Below, one piece after another: positions 1 through 12,706 of a stretch of 64,000 bases of DNA (its first letter is position 1; each line of letters starts with the position of its first letter). This DNA is from Amoebophrya sp. A120 (Eukaryota > Protista > Dinoflagellata). The DNA is taken from positions 1,046,564 to 1,110,563 of the forward strand of contig CAJINV010000005.1 in NCBI GenBank assembly GCA_905178155.1, written 5' to 3'. The notes beneath the pieces are model-generated. The model was not told the DNA's origin and did no database searches. It was given only the letters and a program-made list of their open reading frames with translations. The position numbers and the translations under genes were made by a program.

Positions 1-151
1 TTTTCCTTGTTCTCTTTACCCGCGCACTGTATTTCCCAAGACAAGAACGACAGCGAGAAACCCCTCTGGCTCAACAATCAAGCTACTTACTCTGCGCAGA
101 AGATCTCCCACGCCCCACGCCCAAAATAAAGATAAAACAAAAATCCACGCC

Positions 152-1930
152 ATGCCCCCCGACAAGCGATGGCGGAAAGAAGCGCACGAACTGTGGGCTT
201 CCAAGTCCATCTCTGCCTGTCGTGCGGTGGCCTTGGAGCTCCAGAGCGACGTCGTGCTGGATTTCAAGGACAGGAAAAACCTGTTTACCTTGATGGCCCT
301 CGATTTAAGAAGTCAAAACTTCCCAGTCGATACCGTCACGGCGGATGGAAATAAGTCGGGGTCAGCTGATGTCGACGCAGTGCGATTGAGCAACGCGATC
401 GCGAGCCCGAGTGTGACGCTGTCGGTGAAGCGGGACGAGGGGAACGAGAACCGGCTCTGGGTGCAGGCGAAAGGTGGTCGTGGGGACGAGGGCGGCCATG
501 GTGTAGTTCATGATCCAACTACGACGGGGAATCTTGCAAGCGTACCCAGCGCGACGCACGCCTACATGCTGGAATTTCTATTGGAGGAAGAGCACGACAT
601 TACGACCCATCCCTACGACAATTTCAGGTACGCCCTCCGCTTCATCGTCCCCTTCGCCTACCCGCACACCGCGCCGTTTGTGTGTTTCGTGAAGACAACG
701 TTTCTACTCGAGCGACCCCGCCCTGCTGTTCAAACGGTGATCCCCTACCACCCAAACATTTGCCCCTCCACCGGGTCGATTTGCATGGATCTGCTGAACG
801 CCGGCAGCCTGTGGTCGCCAGTGCTAACGCTGCTGACAACGAAATTGGCCATCACGTCGCTACTGCAGACGCCGAACGAGGATCACGGACTGAATGGCTA
901 CGCGATTCGATTATACCGGGAGCTGGTAGTGAACGCGGGGAAGAGGCAATTTTTCTCTCGTGACGGGATAGCGGGGAGAACAAGAACACCTGCTATAATA
1001 TCCACAGAACGGGAACAAGATAATTCCGAGCCTGTCACCCCTGGTGTCTATTTTGACCAGCAGCTTCACGACCAGCTACTCGAGCAAGATAAGGGCGAAA
1101 ACTTCGATTTTCCGGACGCGAAAAGCGTGGAGGCACGGCAGGAGGTGGAGAATCAGCTGCAGAAAGTGCACAACACGTTTTTGCGGTTCGAGAGGTTTGA
1201 CTGGAAAAGATGTGACTTGGAAACTTTGGCAAACTGGGGCCCGGTTCTCTACAGAGAGTGGGTGCGGGCGAAGATGCTGCAGGAAAACCCTCAAGCAACG
1301 CGGTCGAGAAAGGGCTTGAGTGCGGAATTTTTGACGCCCGAGGTGGATAGAGCAGGTGTTTTTGTCAGGTATGATGAAGCAGCTGCTGTCACACCGGCGG
1401 CACCAGCACGGGTGAATGCTGCTGGGTTTTCTGCAATCGGTGGGGCCTCTGGAGAGATACGCGCTGAGCCGCGTGACGTTGTTGCGGTGGAACAACCACA
1501 CCTAAGTCAGGGGTCCGTGCTGACGCAAAGACGAGGGGCAAGGCAGGGAGGTGCGGCGAATGAGAATAGCACAGGAGAAGTTCTTCAAGATGCTCGGCTC
1601 ACTGAGCAAGAAGGACTACAAAAATCACCCTCTGCTGCACCACCGAGGCCAAAACTCTTCGAAAAAACGTACTTCCAAGAATTCCAGCGCCAGAGCCGAA
1701 AATTCTATGCCAGCGTGCCGGCGCCTTTGAAGCTTGTCGCGGGGTTTTTGGTGTTTCTTATCGTGTATGGCCGGGTGGAGAAGATGCTTGCTCGGGTGAA
1801 TTTTTCCACTGAGGAGCCTTCGCCTTCGGCAAAACACCACCAGAAACACAGAGCCTCTTCGGCTGAACTTCTGAACCACCAGTTACGAGGGCTCGAACAA
1901 AACTCCTGGATGGTGAATTTGTTGCGTTGA
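152..1930 (+). CDS. Ubiquitin-conjugating enzyme (E2/UBC fold) with long extensions and a C-terminal hydrophobic segment; intronless
   Basis: Translated motifs YPHTAPFVCF...YHPNICPSTGSICMDLL...WSPVLTL...LLQTPNEDHGLN match the UBC core (HPN plus active-site Cys). LVAGFLVFLIVY near the C-terminus is a candidate TM segment. Confidence 0.85.
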   Translation: MPPDKRWRKEAHELWASKSISACRAVALELQSDVVLDFKDRKNLFTLMALDLRSQNFPVDTVTADGNKSGSADVDAVRLSNAIASPSVTLSVKRDEGNENRLWVQAKGGRGDEGGHGVVHDPTTTGNLASVPSATHAYMLEFLLEEEHDITTHPYDNFRYALRFIVPFAYPHTAPFVCFVKTTFLLERPRPAVQTVIPYHPNICPSTGSICMDLLNAGSLWSPVLTLLTTKLAITSLLQTPNEDHGLNGYAIRLYRELVVNAGKRQFFSRDGIAGRTRTPAIISTEREQDNSEPVTPGVYFDQQLHDQLLEQDKGENFDFPDAKSVEARQEVENQLQKVHNTFLRFERFDWKRCDLETLANWGPVLYREWVRAKMLQENPQATRSRKGLSAEFLTPEVDRAGVFVRYDEAAAVTPAAPARVNAAGFSAIGGASGEIRAEPRDVVAVEQPHLSQGSVLTQRRGARQGGAANENSTGEVLQDARLTEQEGLQKSPSAAPPRPKLFEKTYFQEFQRQSRKFYASVPAPLKLVAGFLVFLIVYGRVEKMLARVNFSTEEPSPSAKHHQKHRASSAELLNHQLRGLEQNSWMVNLLR

Positions 1931-3031
1931 TATGCAAGTACTCACCGCCATAAAGCAGGAGAGCGGGGCAGAACACTATGTATTCGTACTCAGTTCTACT
2001 CTGAGATATCTCGAGCGCGCGCAATTTCAATCATAACATAAAGTGGCATCTGGCTACACAATGCTAGCTTTGGCCAGCATGTTGAGTTGGGACCGGATGT
2101 TATGAATGCAATCTTGGTCTGTTAGTTTATAGAAACGTTTTTCGTCGGTACTCTGGGCGTCCGTGTTAATTCTCTGCCTGAGCGCTTGGCACCAATGCCG
2201 TTTTTCCTTCCACGGTGCTGATGCGCACCGCTTTCGGTTCCTGGTTAGGTTTTTTTTTGCTTATCACTCTCGGTATCTGAAGTGACGTAAATTCGTGATT
2301 GTGTCCGCAACAAAAGCTCTGGCTCAGTCCTTGTGCTAAGTGTGCATAAAAAGAATCACCTGTGGTACTTCGTGCAATTGTCTTTTCTCTCTTCATCGGT
2401 GTTGCATTTTCAACAGAGCACAACCTCGGTATTTCGATTGCATCGTTCTGTCGTGATCGTCCTTTTCTACCGTGCAAAAAGTCCGTGTCCGTCGCAAGCA
2501 GATGAGAATGGCGTAGTGCTTGCTTCGTCTTTCTCTTTTCCGCATTGTAACCATGGAGGCCTGAGCATAAAAGCCCTGCGATGCAGACAATTTGACGCAA
2601 GTTTTGACGCACTGCTCCAACATCAATCGCAGCAGCCCCATCTTTGCTTTGTGCCCGTCATTACGCAATCGGGGTTTGCCCACGTTTTTGTCCTAAAGAT
2701 TTTATGAAGACCCATCAAGTTTTTCAAGTTCAACCAAAGTACTAAACCTTTCAGCCCCGACTCACAAATTTGCAATTGACGACGACTGAACCTGTACTCT
2801 AACTAAGGATTTTTCTTTTGTCACGCTTTTCATTTGTTGTAACCATCACTGACTACGATTTCAGTTCCGTAAGTATAATTTTTTTGTTATTACAACTGAC
2901 GAGGCCGTTGTTTCTTTTGCCTCGACATCACATTACACAACAAAACCGCAGCGATCTAAGGTGTCGTCTATCGTCGCGGGAGAGAAAAACGTCGCGCCAT
3001 AAGCAGGAGCAGGAGCTACGTTCGTTTCCCC

Positions 3032-5713
3032 ATGAAAACCGACGCAAGGGCGCACAAGATGAGAGCAGTGAAGCGACGCTTCAGTAATAAAGCGGAGGGC
3101 TTCGTGGCGCTCTGCAGTACCAGAAACCTGGCCGTTGCCGTGCACGCGAATGGGAGTGACGTTGGTGTTTCCGGAGCACAACCTCCACTGGGCGTAGAGA
3201 TTGTTCTCCCGGAGCCAGCGAAGGATGCTACGGAGCAGCCAGTGCAAAATAGCACTCAGCCGGCGGCGGTTCTTTCGCGCCTGCAGGCAGCGAGGAATGT
3301 TACGGCTCCGCTGGCAGGGGGGAATGTGACGGAACATGGGCTAACGACGAATGTGACTGACCAGCGACATGAAGAAGAGGCTGGACATTTCGGTTTATCG
3401 GGCGGATTGTGGTTTCCGGATGTGTGGGCGGCGATGGCAAACGTCTTCCTGCCGTCTCGAGCCAGCGAGGCTTCGAGATCTCGTAGTGCTTCAGCCTCCC
3501 CGCGCAAGAAGTATTACCTTCGAGGGAGCGCACACAGGGAAGCAGCGAGCGGAAGAGTTGCGGGTCACGACCACGACGGCCGGACGACAGATCCATCCTT
3601 CCTTGCTATCACCGAGGATTCCGACAGGGTAGTGCATGTGCCGGCTCCTTTTACCAGCGGCCGTAACGCTTCCCGGGCCCCTTCGGCAGTTGAAATCGGA
3701 AGGCAAAGCCTCTTGCAGGAGAACACAATGTCTGCAAAGCGTCGGTCCCCTGACTATGCATTGCAAATATGTCTGGGTCTGGTACACTGGAACGTGGAAC
3801 TTGTCATGCTAATTCTGGATAGTGCAGAATCAGAAATCTGTGTTTTATGATCAGCAAAAGGGGTCCACTTTTGAGCAAATTGACCTCATGCGTCATGAAA
3901 AACCTGCGTGACAAGTCTTGTAACTTGCCAAACCCAGACATATTTGCGTTTGATGCTGACAATTTTGATTTGGCTGCAGAGTTTCTCGCCCACCTAGAGG
4001 CGAACACACAAACACATGCTGAGTTTGCTGCAAAGGCAATTAAAAATTATGTTGGCAAAAAGTATAAGGAAAAGCGAGCTGATTGGGAAAAGTGGAGACG
4101 GAAGGTTGACGTTCCAGCACACGTTGTCCAGTGGGAAAAACAGTACAAGCAGAGACTGAGAAAAAAGCTTGATGAAATGAAAAAAAAACATAAAACGGCT
4201 TACGATCGATTTTTCCGCGAGCCTACCGACCACTCAAAATGGATAGGGAAATACACCCACTTCGCGAGACGGACGAGTGGTTCCCAGGTAATCGGAACGC
4301 CCACAGATACACTGGAATTACTCGAGCAGCCGCAGCCGTACGACTCCAGCTTCTTCCCTTGGGGCAGCAAGAATGCTTACCGCTCCGATCCTACAGGCCG
4401 GACAATTTCGTATAAGCAGGAGCCCGACGCCGCGGGGAGTTTTGGAGCAGTTCACAAGAATTTTAAAAGCAAGGTCCTGCGCAAGCGCCAGACAGTCGAC
4501 CAGGGCAGCGGCGAAAAAGCAGAATCGGAAGTAGAAGAAGTTAAAAATTCGCGATTTGATGGCGACAAAGATCGGTTCGACCAGGTCATCAAAATTTCGA
4601 AGCCGGGCACTGATGCCATGGCGCTTGATGAAATTGTGATCAACCTGTTCCTGTCACACGGAGACGCCGGGGGTTTGGAGCCCTGTGTTGCGCAGGTGCC
4701 GCATGTCGTGTTCTTTTTTGACGAATCTGGATCTCATAGCGTCGGTCTTTTCGTCGAGAAGGTAGAGACCGACGTCACGAAGCTAATCCGCGACAGGGAA
4801 GTACACCCGAATGCATATTTGGCCAGCTTCCACTACTGTTTGGACCAACTGGATAAGGCGGGCGTTGTTTTGAATGATTTGAAGCCGGAGAACATGGGCT
4901 GGGGGATGAAAACCAAAAGCGTGAAGTTCTTTGACTTCGGTATATCGACAATTCTTCGCGATGACAAACGAGTCGCCCTCGGTCTCAATCCAACCCGGAC
5001 ATCTCTTTTCGGTTATTGGCAAAGCTTGAACAAGAGACAAAAAGCGGGAACGCCAGCGTATATGAGCCCAGCATTGATGCGAGGCTGGTTGCCTTTGGGA
5101 TATTTCTATGGCCCGAAGTCCGACTGGTTCGCCGCCGGTCTGACGATGTTGGTGCACCTTGGCATACCGGTACGGAAAGCGCCAGACGAGGTAATTCATA
5201 TATTGCACTGTAATCTTGTTTGATAATTTATACACACTGAAAACCATATTGTTCGAAGGAGAAAGGTCATGTTGGTCAGTAGAGAACAAACTGGACAACC
5301 AAGGAATTAATTTCTTGCTGAAGTGATATAGAAAATTCTATATCGCAATTTTCCAGTGGCGGAGAGGGAGAAGAATAATAAGAGTGGAGCGGCCGATTGC
5401 TCTTTGTGACCGGCCCTTCATTTGGGAGTGCCGAGAAGAAGTGTATCATTTCCCTTCGCAGACGCTCGTGTCAGGCTGGAAGAAAAGAGTGAAACGGTTT
5501 CTTGATGAACAATATCCTTTTGTAGAGGTCGCTTTTCGAAACGCGATCATCAACCACTTGAGCAGCGCGTGGCGGCCCACGGATGATAAGTCAGTGGAAA
5601 ATCTAAGAAACATGGGTAAAGTAGCCGCGAATCAAGAAGAATCGATGGAGGAGCCGCTAAGGCTGCGGCGATCCCTACCGACAATTCCCGAAAATGAGGC
5701 CGAAGACGTTTGA
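3032..5713 (+). CDS. Divergent Ser/Thr protein kinase with long N-terminal extension; predicted exons 3032-3754, 3961-5190, 5357-5713
   Basis: Kinase motifs GSFGAVHK, VIKISK, LNDLKPEN, VKFFDFG, AGTPAYMSP, KSDWFAAG. Removing element 3755-3955 plus one TSD (206 nt) joins ORF 3032 to ORF 3847 in frame. GT-AG intron 5191-5356 joins ORF 5384 in frame. Confidence 0.8.
3755..3955. mobile_element. Introner-like TIR element, family A; TSD CTGAC
   Basis: Left end tatgcattgcaaatatgtctgggtctgg; right end ccaaacccagacatatttgcgtttgatg. ctgac at 3750-3754 and 3956-3960. Removal gives SPD|NFDLAAEF. Confidence 0.85.
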
Positions 5714-6730
5714 GGTTTATCAAATTATATGTGCTGGCCCTGTTCTTTTATCGTTCCGTATCCGTTTCCGTTCTTTATTCGTTTTTTTGCCCTCTCTCAA
5801 TGGTTGTCGACACTTCGTTCGTTTTTTTTTTGAAATAAATGCTTTGCCAATAAATTTGACTCGGCTCATCTACGGCGTTGCTTGCTTGGTGAGCGCGGTG
5901 AATGTGTGATAAAGTACAACAACATAGAAGATGAGCAGATGACTGTCTGTTGCATGCTCGCCGAAGGCCAAGATGGTTGCAGCTCCAACTGTTTGCAGAA
6001 TCAACTTTAAATTCGTCCTCGACAGTGATGTCCGGGACATGTGCGGCAAACTATCTTTTGCCTGCCGTAGCTCATGTGTTCGATCCTGATTCAGTGAAGC
6101 AATTCAATTCCTCCTATTGGAAAACACTGGAGGTGCGGGAGTTGGTGCCTGTGAGATGGAGCAGATAACTGGATTTTAGCTCCCAGAGGGCCATGTGATA
6201 TTTTGTGCCGTCGAATGATAGCAATACGGGTAGACCAGTAGATGTTTGGAGGTCCGCAGGACGGACTGCTTCGCAGTATTCAAAATCTAGAACGGAAGCG
6301 AGGATACTGAATAGAAGTTTGCGTCTTGAATTATTGTTTTCTGCTGGGTCTTCTTTTTTGGTAATGCGCCGGAGTGAAGCTACAGCTACAGGGTTCATGT
6401 AATGGCCGCGAGTGAGTGCTTCTTTCTAACGTAATATTTCTTTGCCGGGTGTGGCTTCTCGTGATTTCGCAGTTTTTTAAAGGGGGAATGACGTACCTAG
6501 TTTTTTTGTCCTGCGAGGCTTAAGGTATTCTAATTCTTGAGAGTTGGTGTGAGGGCGGAGATGGGTAGTTTGATTTTTTGACTTTTATACCGTTGCGACG
6601 AGGACTCTTACGCCCTCAAAGGCGCTGTCCGCGTTGCTTGTCAGAATTGTAGGAAGCAGTTAGAGTCATGAGTCAGCCTCAGCCCATCGAGATGATAATT
6701 CACAAATAAAACACAACCTCCTGCGACAAG

Positions 6731-9700
6731 ATGGGCTCCGACGAGGAGGAGGACAAGAAAAAGAAGAAGAAGAAGGACAAAAAGGAAAAGTCCAACTCCT
6801 CCAGCGAGGACGCCAACAACAAGAGCAGCACGGACAACGAGGGCGCGGACGACAAGAAGAAGAAAAAAAAGAAGAAGTCCAAGGACAAGTCGGAGGACGC
6901 GGTTGCTATATGCTCGTGGACGATTCCCTTTTCTCATCCTCATTTCAATCGCATGCGCAGCGAACACAAGGAACGCCTTAAGTGTAGTATCCGCATGACA
7001 AATCCGCAGGGGCATGTTCGGGTGTTCCGGGCAGTGCATAGTGCACCCCTCGGACCCCGCACCCCCCCGGGCTTTAGTAGCGCAGTCTGTTAAGCATGAC
7101 AAATCCGCACACAATTTTTTTATTGTTTCTTGGGATTCATTCGAAATTCGTCATGCGCAGAGTGCTTAAACGCAAGACGTGAGTTTGGTACTTCGCATTA
7201 TACAAACAAGTTGGAGCTGCATGCCGGAGTTGTCCACTTGCATACGGCAAAGAGGGCGACCATAAAGCCGACGACGCGGAAGACGGGGCGGCGGCGGACG
7301 ACGCGACACCCGCGGCAGCAGGGGAGGATCAGGCGGGGGCAGCAGGGGAGAAGGAGGCAGCAGCGGATGCGGGAGAAGCGGAGAAGAACGAAGCAGCCGG
7401 GGAACTACAAGAAGGCGCCGCGAAAGAGGACGGTGGACCAGAGGAACCACCCGCTGACGGGGATGCTAAGGCGGAGGGAGCAGAAGATGGTAGTAAAGCA
7501 GGAGCAGATCAGGCTGGGGATGATGCCGCAGTGGCAGGAGCAGATTCCGCAGGGAAGAAAGAGGAAGGAGAAGCTGGGACCGCAGAAGCAAAGCCTGCAG
7601 ATGGTGGGGGAAACGATGCTGAGACCAACGACGACGACAAGCCGTGCGGGGAAAAGCCACCTGGATCGGACGACGAGAAAAAGAATGCAGAATCCAGCTC
7701 AGGAGCCGACGAGATGAAAAAAGACGACACAGAGGGACAAACCAATCCGGGCGACAAGGATGCTGAAGCGGCAAAAATAGAATCAGAAGCGCCGTTGAAC
7801 TCCACGAATGTAGTCGCTGAAGAGACGACGAAATCCGACGACGAGCCGATTCAGCGACGAGACAAATTCGGGAACGTTCTGCCCGACAATGTTAAGGAAG
7901 AAGACCTGGAAGAGAAGCCCTCCTTCAGCCCGCGGTCCCCGAAGCCGGTCGCTGTCGAGCGCGGGTCCCCGCGACCCATGTCACCCGGCCGCTACAGCCG
8001 CGACCCGGAAGCCGGTGGCGTTGGCTACCGGTCGAGGGTTGCCGCGATTACCGGCAAGGACCCGGATCTGGAAGACCCGATTCTCGGCGGGAGCACCACC
8101 CAAGACCCGGAGGTCGCGAAGTTCCTCGAGGGCGTCAGCGCCGAAATCAATTTCACCGACAAGACCGTGAACGTGGAGCCCAGCAGCGCCTTCATGGGCA
8201 GCGGCGGGGGGATAAACAGCAAGTCCAGCGGCGAGCCGCCGATGATGGACTTTTTGCGGAACAGCAACCCAGCACCAGCCGGGGCGCTCGTCCCTGGCTT
8301 TGTTCCAAACTATCTCGCTGCCGCCGGCGCGCAACCCGTGATCACGTCCGCGCGGTCAAACAAGTTCGCAGACGTCGAGGTCGCGATGCCGCACAATCTG
8401 GTTCCCGGACAGCGGTACGACCAGGTCGAGCCCCGGGTGTACGACCACGATTATTCGCCGCAGAAGCACGCTCCGGAGAAGGCGCACTGGTCCCAGCAAT
8501 TCGTGAACAACCTGCGAAAATCCGACGAGGACCTGCTGAAACCTATCGTATTTAAAAATGTCCCCACACCATAGTTGTAATGCAAATCTGCATGCTGAAA
8601 ATGTTTCTCATGCGGAGCCCTATGAGAAGCATTTTCCAGTCGTGTTTTGGAATTTGTCATGCTCCAAGCAGCATGATGTACTAGATCTGTGATGCTGCTG
8701 CGCTAGGTCAAACAGCACTACACTACGAGTCCAAATTTGTCATGCAAAACAGCCAAACCTTGTGGATTTGTCTAGCCGATTCCCCATCTTGACTTTGGGG
8801 TGGGGACGTTTTTACATAGGATAAAACCCCTTCCCACCGGCGTGGCGGGCGCAGCGGCTGCGTCCTCCAGTGCGATGCACCACGCGAAGTCGCCGACACA
8901 ACTTCTGCTCGCCCCGGGGGCCGCGAGCGGCGCCGAAGCCCCGACGAAGTACGTGCTGAACCCGGCGTTTTTGCCGCTGGGCGACATGATCGACAGTGTC
9001 ATCCGGCAGTTCAAAAACTGGCTGCGGTTGAACGACCAAAAGCTCACCCGCGCGGAGGAAAAAGTCGTCGAGTCGATCGTGAAAGGGTTGTCGATGAAGC
9101 TGACCCAGGTGGAGTTTGAACCAATCTCCGACAAGAAGGCCCAACTCAACCACGTGTCGGCGGTCATGGGTACGGTCGGCGGCGTCCCCGCCGGCATGGG
9201 CGTCGGCATCACGGCACCGACGGTCGCGGCGAACGGCAAGAAGTTGCTCCCGCCGCTGGGCACGAACAACGGGGAGATCGAGAAGCGGAAAGAGGAACTG
9301 TCGCAAAAAATCGCGTCCCGCGAAATCATCCAGTGCTTGCGAAAACCCATGAAAAGAATGGAACCGAAGATCTACGAGCGGATCCGAAGGGGGTTAACGG
9401 AAACCTTTTGCTACTTCGCAAGGTCTATCCTGTGCAAAATGAAGGATGTGGCAGTGGTAAGGAGTCGAAATTTGCAGTGCAACGGTCCTACCTGTATGAA
9501 TACTTATTCGGTCCTACCTGCTACAATTTTCAGTTTGGTTCGTCCTGAAATTGAAATTTTTGCTGCAAAAATTCTTACTAGTACGATGCTTTTTCTTCTG
9601 CACTGCATACCGTCAGACGTGAACTACGACCCGTATTCCCCGGCAAAGTGGATTTCCGCCCGGCAGTGGGTGATGTTTGTTCGCTGCTTCGAAGTCTCCG

Positions 9701-11765
9701 CGATCACCGGGATCTCGCACGAGGATTTGTGCGAGAAATTTGGGCCGCGGAAGGAGCCCATCGAATTCGTCGACTTCATGCAGATGGTCAGCGACATTGG
9801 ACGAAAAACCATGGAGTTGCTGCATCGGAAATCCTTTGACGAGTTGAACATCTACCATGAAGAGCCCAAGACCTGTGCACTGTACCGGTTCACGGAGGTA
9901 TTATTTGTTTTTTTTCGAGCGTTTTATTGCGGTGCATTTCCATTAAACTGTTCATGTTCTGCTTTTGTTTCTGTATGCGATGAATCCATGGTGCAGTACT
10001 AAAACAACTGCGCCCTCCTGTTTTCACGTAGTTATCACGCATATACAGACTCATCTTGTTAAAATACAAGGTTTTCGGTTTCCACGACGCGAAAAATTCG
10101 TTTCGGCAATTCCTCCGTGGCAGGGAGAAAATCCGGACGAAGAGCCGCACAAAGGGCAAATCCCCCGCGACGTCCGAGGGCCCGGTCCCGCCCGGCTCCC
10201 AAGTCCCCATTTCGGTCGCGAAGAAGAAGGCGTCCCCGCGGGACCCCAACGTCTTTCCGCCGACGTTGCCCCCAAGACCACCGGCGCAGGACACCCGGCC
10301 GAAGCACGCGCACAAGCACCTAGCGCAGCACAGAGGGCGGGCGTATCTAGCCGCCCGGGGGGATCAGTCTAACGCCAGTTCGGCTTTGGATCGAGATTTC
10401 GACGTCAGCAGCATCGGAACGTTCGTGCACCCGCCGCAGATGCCGATGCACCAGCCGGGCGCGCCGGCGGGAATGTCGCCGTCGATGATGCACCAGCGTA
10501 ATATGAACATGATGCAGCCCGCCCCGACGTCGCAACTACAGCAGCCACAAGTCCTCGTGAGCGGTTCTTCGAAAAAATCCAACTATTCGCACAACAATTT
10601 GAATTTTCCTCAGCAGCACCACAGCATGCTGCAGCAACCGTCGGTCGTGCAACAGCAGCAAACCTCGGCCTCGCCCGGCGCGGAGACCACCCTGCCGCCG
10701 ATCGTTTCTCCGCAGATGCAACAGCTGTATTCCCTGCAGCAGGAGCAAATCATGAACAACCTGATTCTCCAGCAACGGCAAATCGTCGCGCTGGCGCAGC
10801 AGCAGGCCGCTTCGTTGTCCCCCAAAGCGGCGAACGCGTTGTCCGGCGGCATTGTGAGCTTATCCAACCCGCTGTCCGCGGTACAAAGCAAAAACTCCGC
10901 GGTGCAGCTCGACCTTGATCCGAAAGCCACGAAGGAGGACGCGAGTTTTCTGATTCCCAAACCAACAGCCAGCGGAGTGAACATCCCATCATCAGGGACC
11001 ACAACGGCCGCCCCAGCGGGAATAAACGCCACGCCGAGTGTGGTCGTGAGTGCAGGAGCTGGTGCTCCGGTATCTGTAGTTGCGGAGAACAAGGCCGAAG
11101 AGCAAGTAGGACCTGGAACTGGAGCGGGAGTAGACGATGAAGCAGCGTATGACCCGGATGACGAGAATTACTTCGTAGGAGAAGACGGCTATTGGTACTA
11201 CTACGATGTGAATACCGGCGAGTCAGTGTACGTAGAAACGAGTGATGTGCCCGCAAGATTGCGCGGAGAGGAGGGGGACGCGGGTGATGCAGGTGCCAAA
11301 CGTATAGTGGGTCATACATAAGGAAGTTGCTGAAATTTGATGTATTCCATGAATTAGATGTATTGCTGCATCGAAAGCTAAACGAGGCGTGTGACGAACA
11401 TGATGCGTGTTAACATAAATAGCAGTGTTTCCAAAATTTTCCAATCAGTCGCGGAGGAGGATACCTGGGCGGAGCAAGGTGAGACTTGGGCGGAGCCAGG
11501 CGAGGAAGCAGAGTGGAACCCAGCCGACGGGGAGTGGGATGAAAACGCAGCCGCTGAAGGGGAATGGCCGGCGGACGAGAACTGGGAACAAAGTGCCGCC
11601 GGCGCGGGCGAGGACGACTGGGGCGGTGAAGCGGAACAAGCTGCGGCACCGGCAGTGCAGTATGACGAGGAAGGAGGGTACTACGATGCGGAGGGCGGGT
11701 ACTACGACGCCGCGGGGAACTACTACGACCCTGAGGGCAATATGTACGCCGCGGGAACGTATTAG
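6731..11765 (+). CDS. Large multi-exon hypothetical protein (Lys/acidic N-terminus, central globular region, Q/P-rich region, acidic W/Y-rich C-terminal repeats)
   Basis: Frames join across 6902-7254 (GT-AG), 8544-8828 (element plus TSD), 9426-9614 (element plus TSD, in frame), 9898-10070 and 11302-11448 (both GT-AG). Ends at TAG 11765. Confidence 0.7.
6903..7250. mobile_element. Decayed TIR element forming a GT-AG intron (6902-7254)
   Basis: Left ttgctatatgctcgtggacgattcc vs reverse complement of right end ttgccgtatgcaagtggacaactcc. Flanks cgcgg/agagg. Internal gcatgacaaatccgca occurs twice. Removing 353 nt restores frame (EDA|GDHKADD). Confidence 0.7.
8544..8823. mobile_element. Introner-like TIR element, family B; TSD AAACC
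   Basis: Left tatcgtatttaaaaatgtccccacaccatagt; right actttggggtggggacgtttttacataggata. aaacc at 8539-8543 and 8824-8828. Removing 285 nt gives LLKP|LPTG. Homologous to 31642 and 48523. Confidence 0.92.
9426..9609. mobile_element. Introner-like TIR element, family D; decayed TSD AGGTC/CCGTC
   Basis: Left end tatcctgtgcaaaa is identical to the left end of 34410. Right end ...tactagtacgatgctttttcttctgcactgcata resembles the right end of 34410. Removing 189 nt is in frame (FARS|DVNYD). Confidence 0.7.
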
Positions 11766-12706
11766 AGGATGGAAAGGAATTGATTTGAGCAATGATTTGA
11801 AAATGTGAGTAGAAATATTTTTAATGATGACTTTTCAACTTAAGCAGGTATCGTACTATCATTCAGGTCAATCAGACGCATGATGAACAGGATCGGTTTA
11901 TCACTTCAACTTGGAATAGAAATACAAGAACTTATGATCGTGGGTTTTAGATATTCTTCGCACAACACTGATTTGCAATCTTTACGCTGCTGTAGCTGTT
12001 GCCAAGAGAAGGGTTAATGCAAGAAAAATGCAGCTCGGAAACGGAAAAGTCGTTGAGCCAGGCGGTACTTCCCGCGGGGGAGCGTTGAGACAAAAAGTTG
12101 GCAAGCGGCAAATCGTAACAGTACCTTTTAGACCGTATTTCTAATTAGTGAGCACTCTCCTGGACTCTCTTTCCCTTTGTTTCTTCCATTTTTACCAGTT
12201 CGTATGGCAGTAGTACCGTCACAGAGTTTTACATCACCTTGTTTATAATACCATACTTGCGCATTGACGACGTTGTCACATTCCAAACCTGTACAGCTAA
12301 GAAAGTTCTCTGCAGTATTGTGAAACTTGATTCTGTTGCTTGTCCATCATCAAAAGGCTTAGCTGAGACGCAACCCTTAGGTTGTTGGCGGACACAAAGT
12401 GCACCTTTCGTTTGTGTTACTGTGCTGTCGAGCAGAGAGTGATTTTTACCCGCTTCTATTCTAGACGAACAAACACATGGAAGGGAAAGTGGAGAGACAA
12501 AATATGAGCGAAAATTCAGCTAAAAAGAAAAAGAAAAAAGCGCTTCAAGTCAAACCGGTTCATTTGCGTCAAACCGGGTTGTACAAGAAGACCCTTGATT
12601 TTCCTGCGTCTTTCGGTGCATAAGTCAATGGGTCTACTTACGCTTGCCGCCTTGTAAGTAGATTTCGTTTGTGAAGAAAATCTCATCTACTGTCTTGCAC
12701 AAAACT

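Noticed and set aside
2166-2707. Overlapping 96-148 aa ORFs between the E2 and kinase genes
   Set aside because: AT-richer intergenic composition, some rely on non-ATG starts, and no recognisable motif.
6550-6618. Inverted pair tgagggcg...cgccctca upstream of gene 6731 as an ncRNA hairpin
   Set aside because: Only an 8-12 bp stem with no tRNA or snRNA features, compatible with chance.
11660-11762. Regularly spaced tactacga repeats resembling a CRISPR-like array
   Set aside because: They are in-frame 21-nt units encoding (G)GYYDAE-type peptide repeats, with no spacers and no cas genes in a eukaryotic context.
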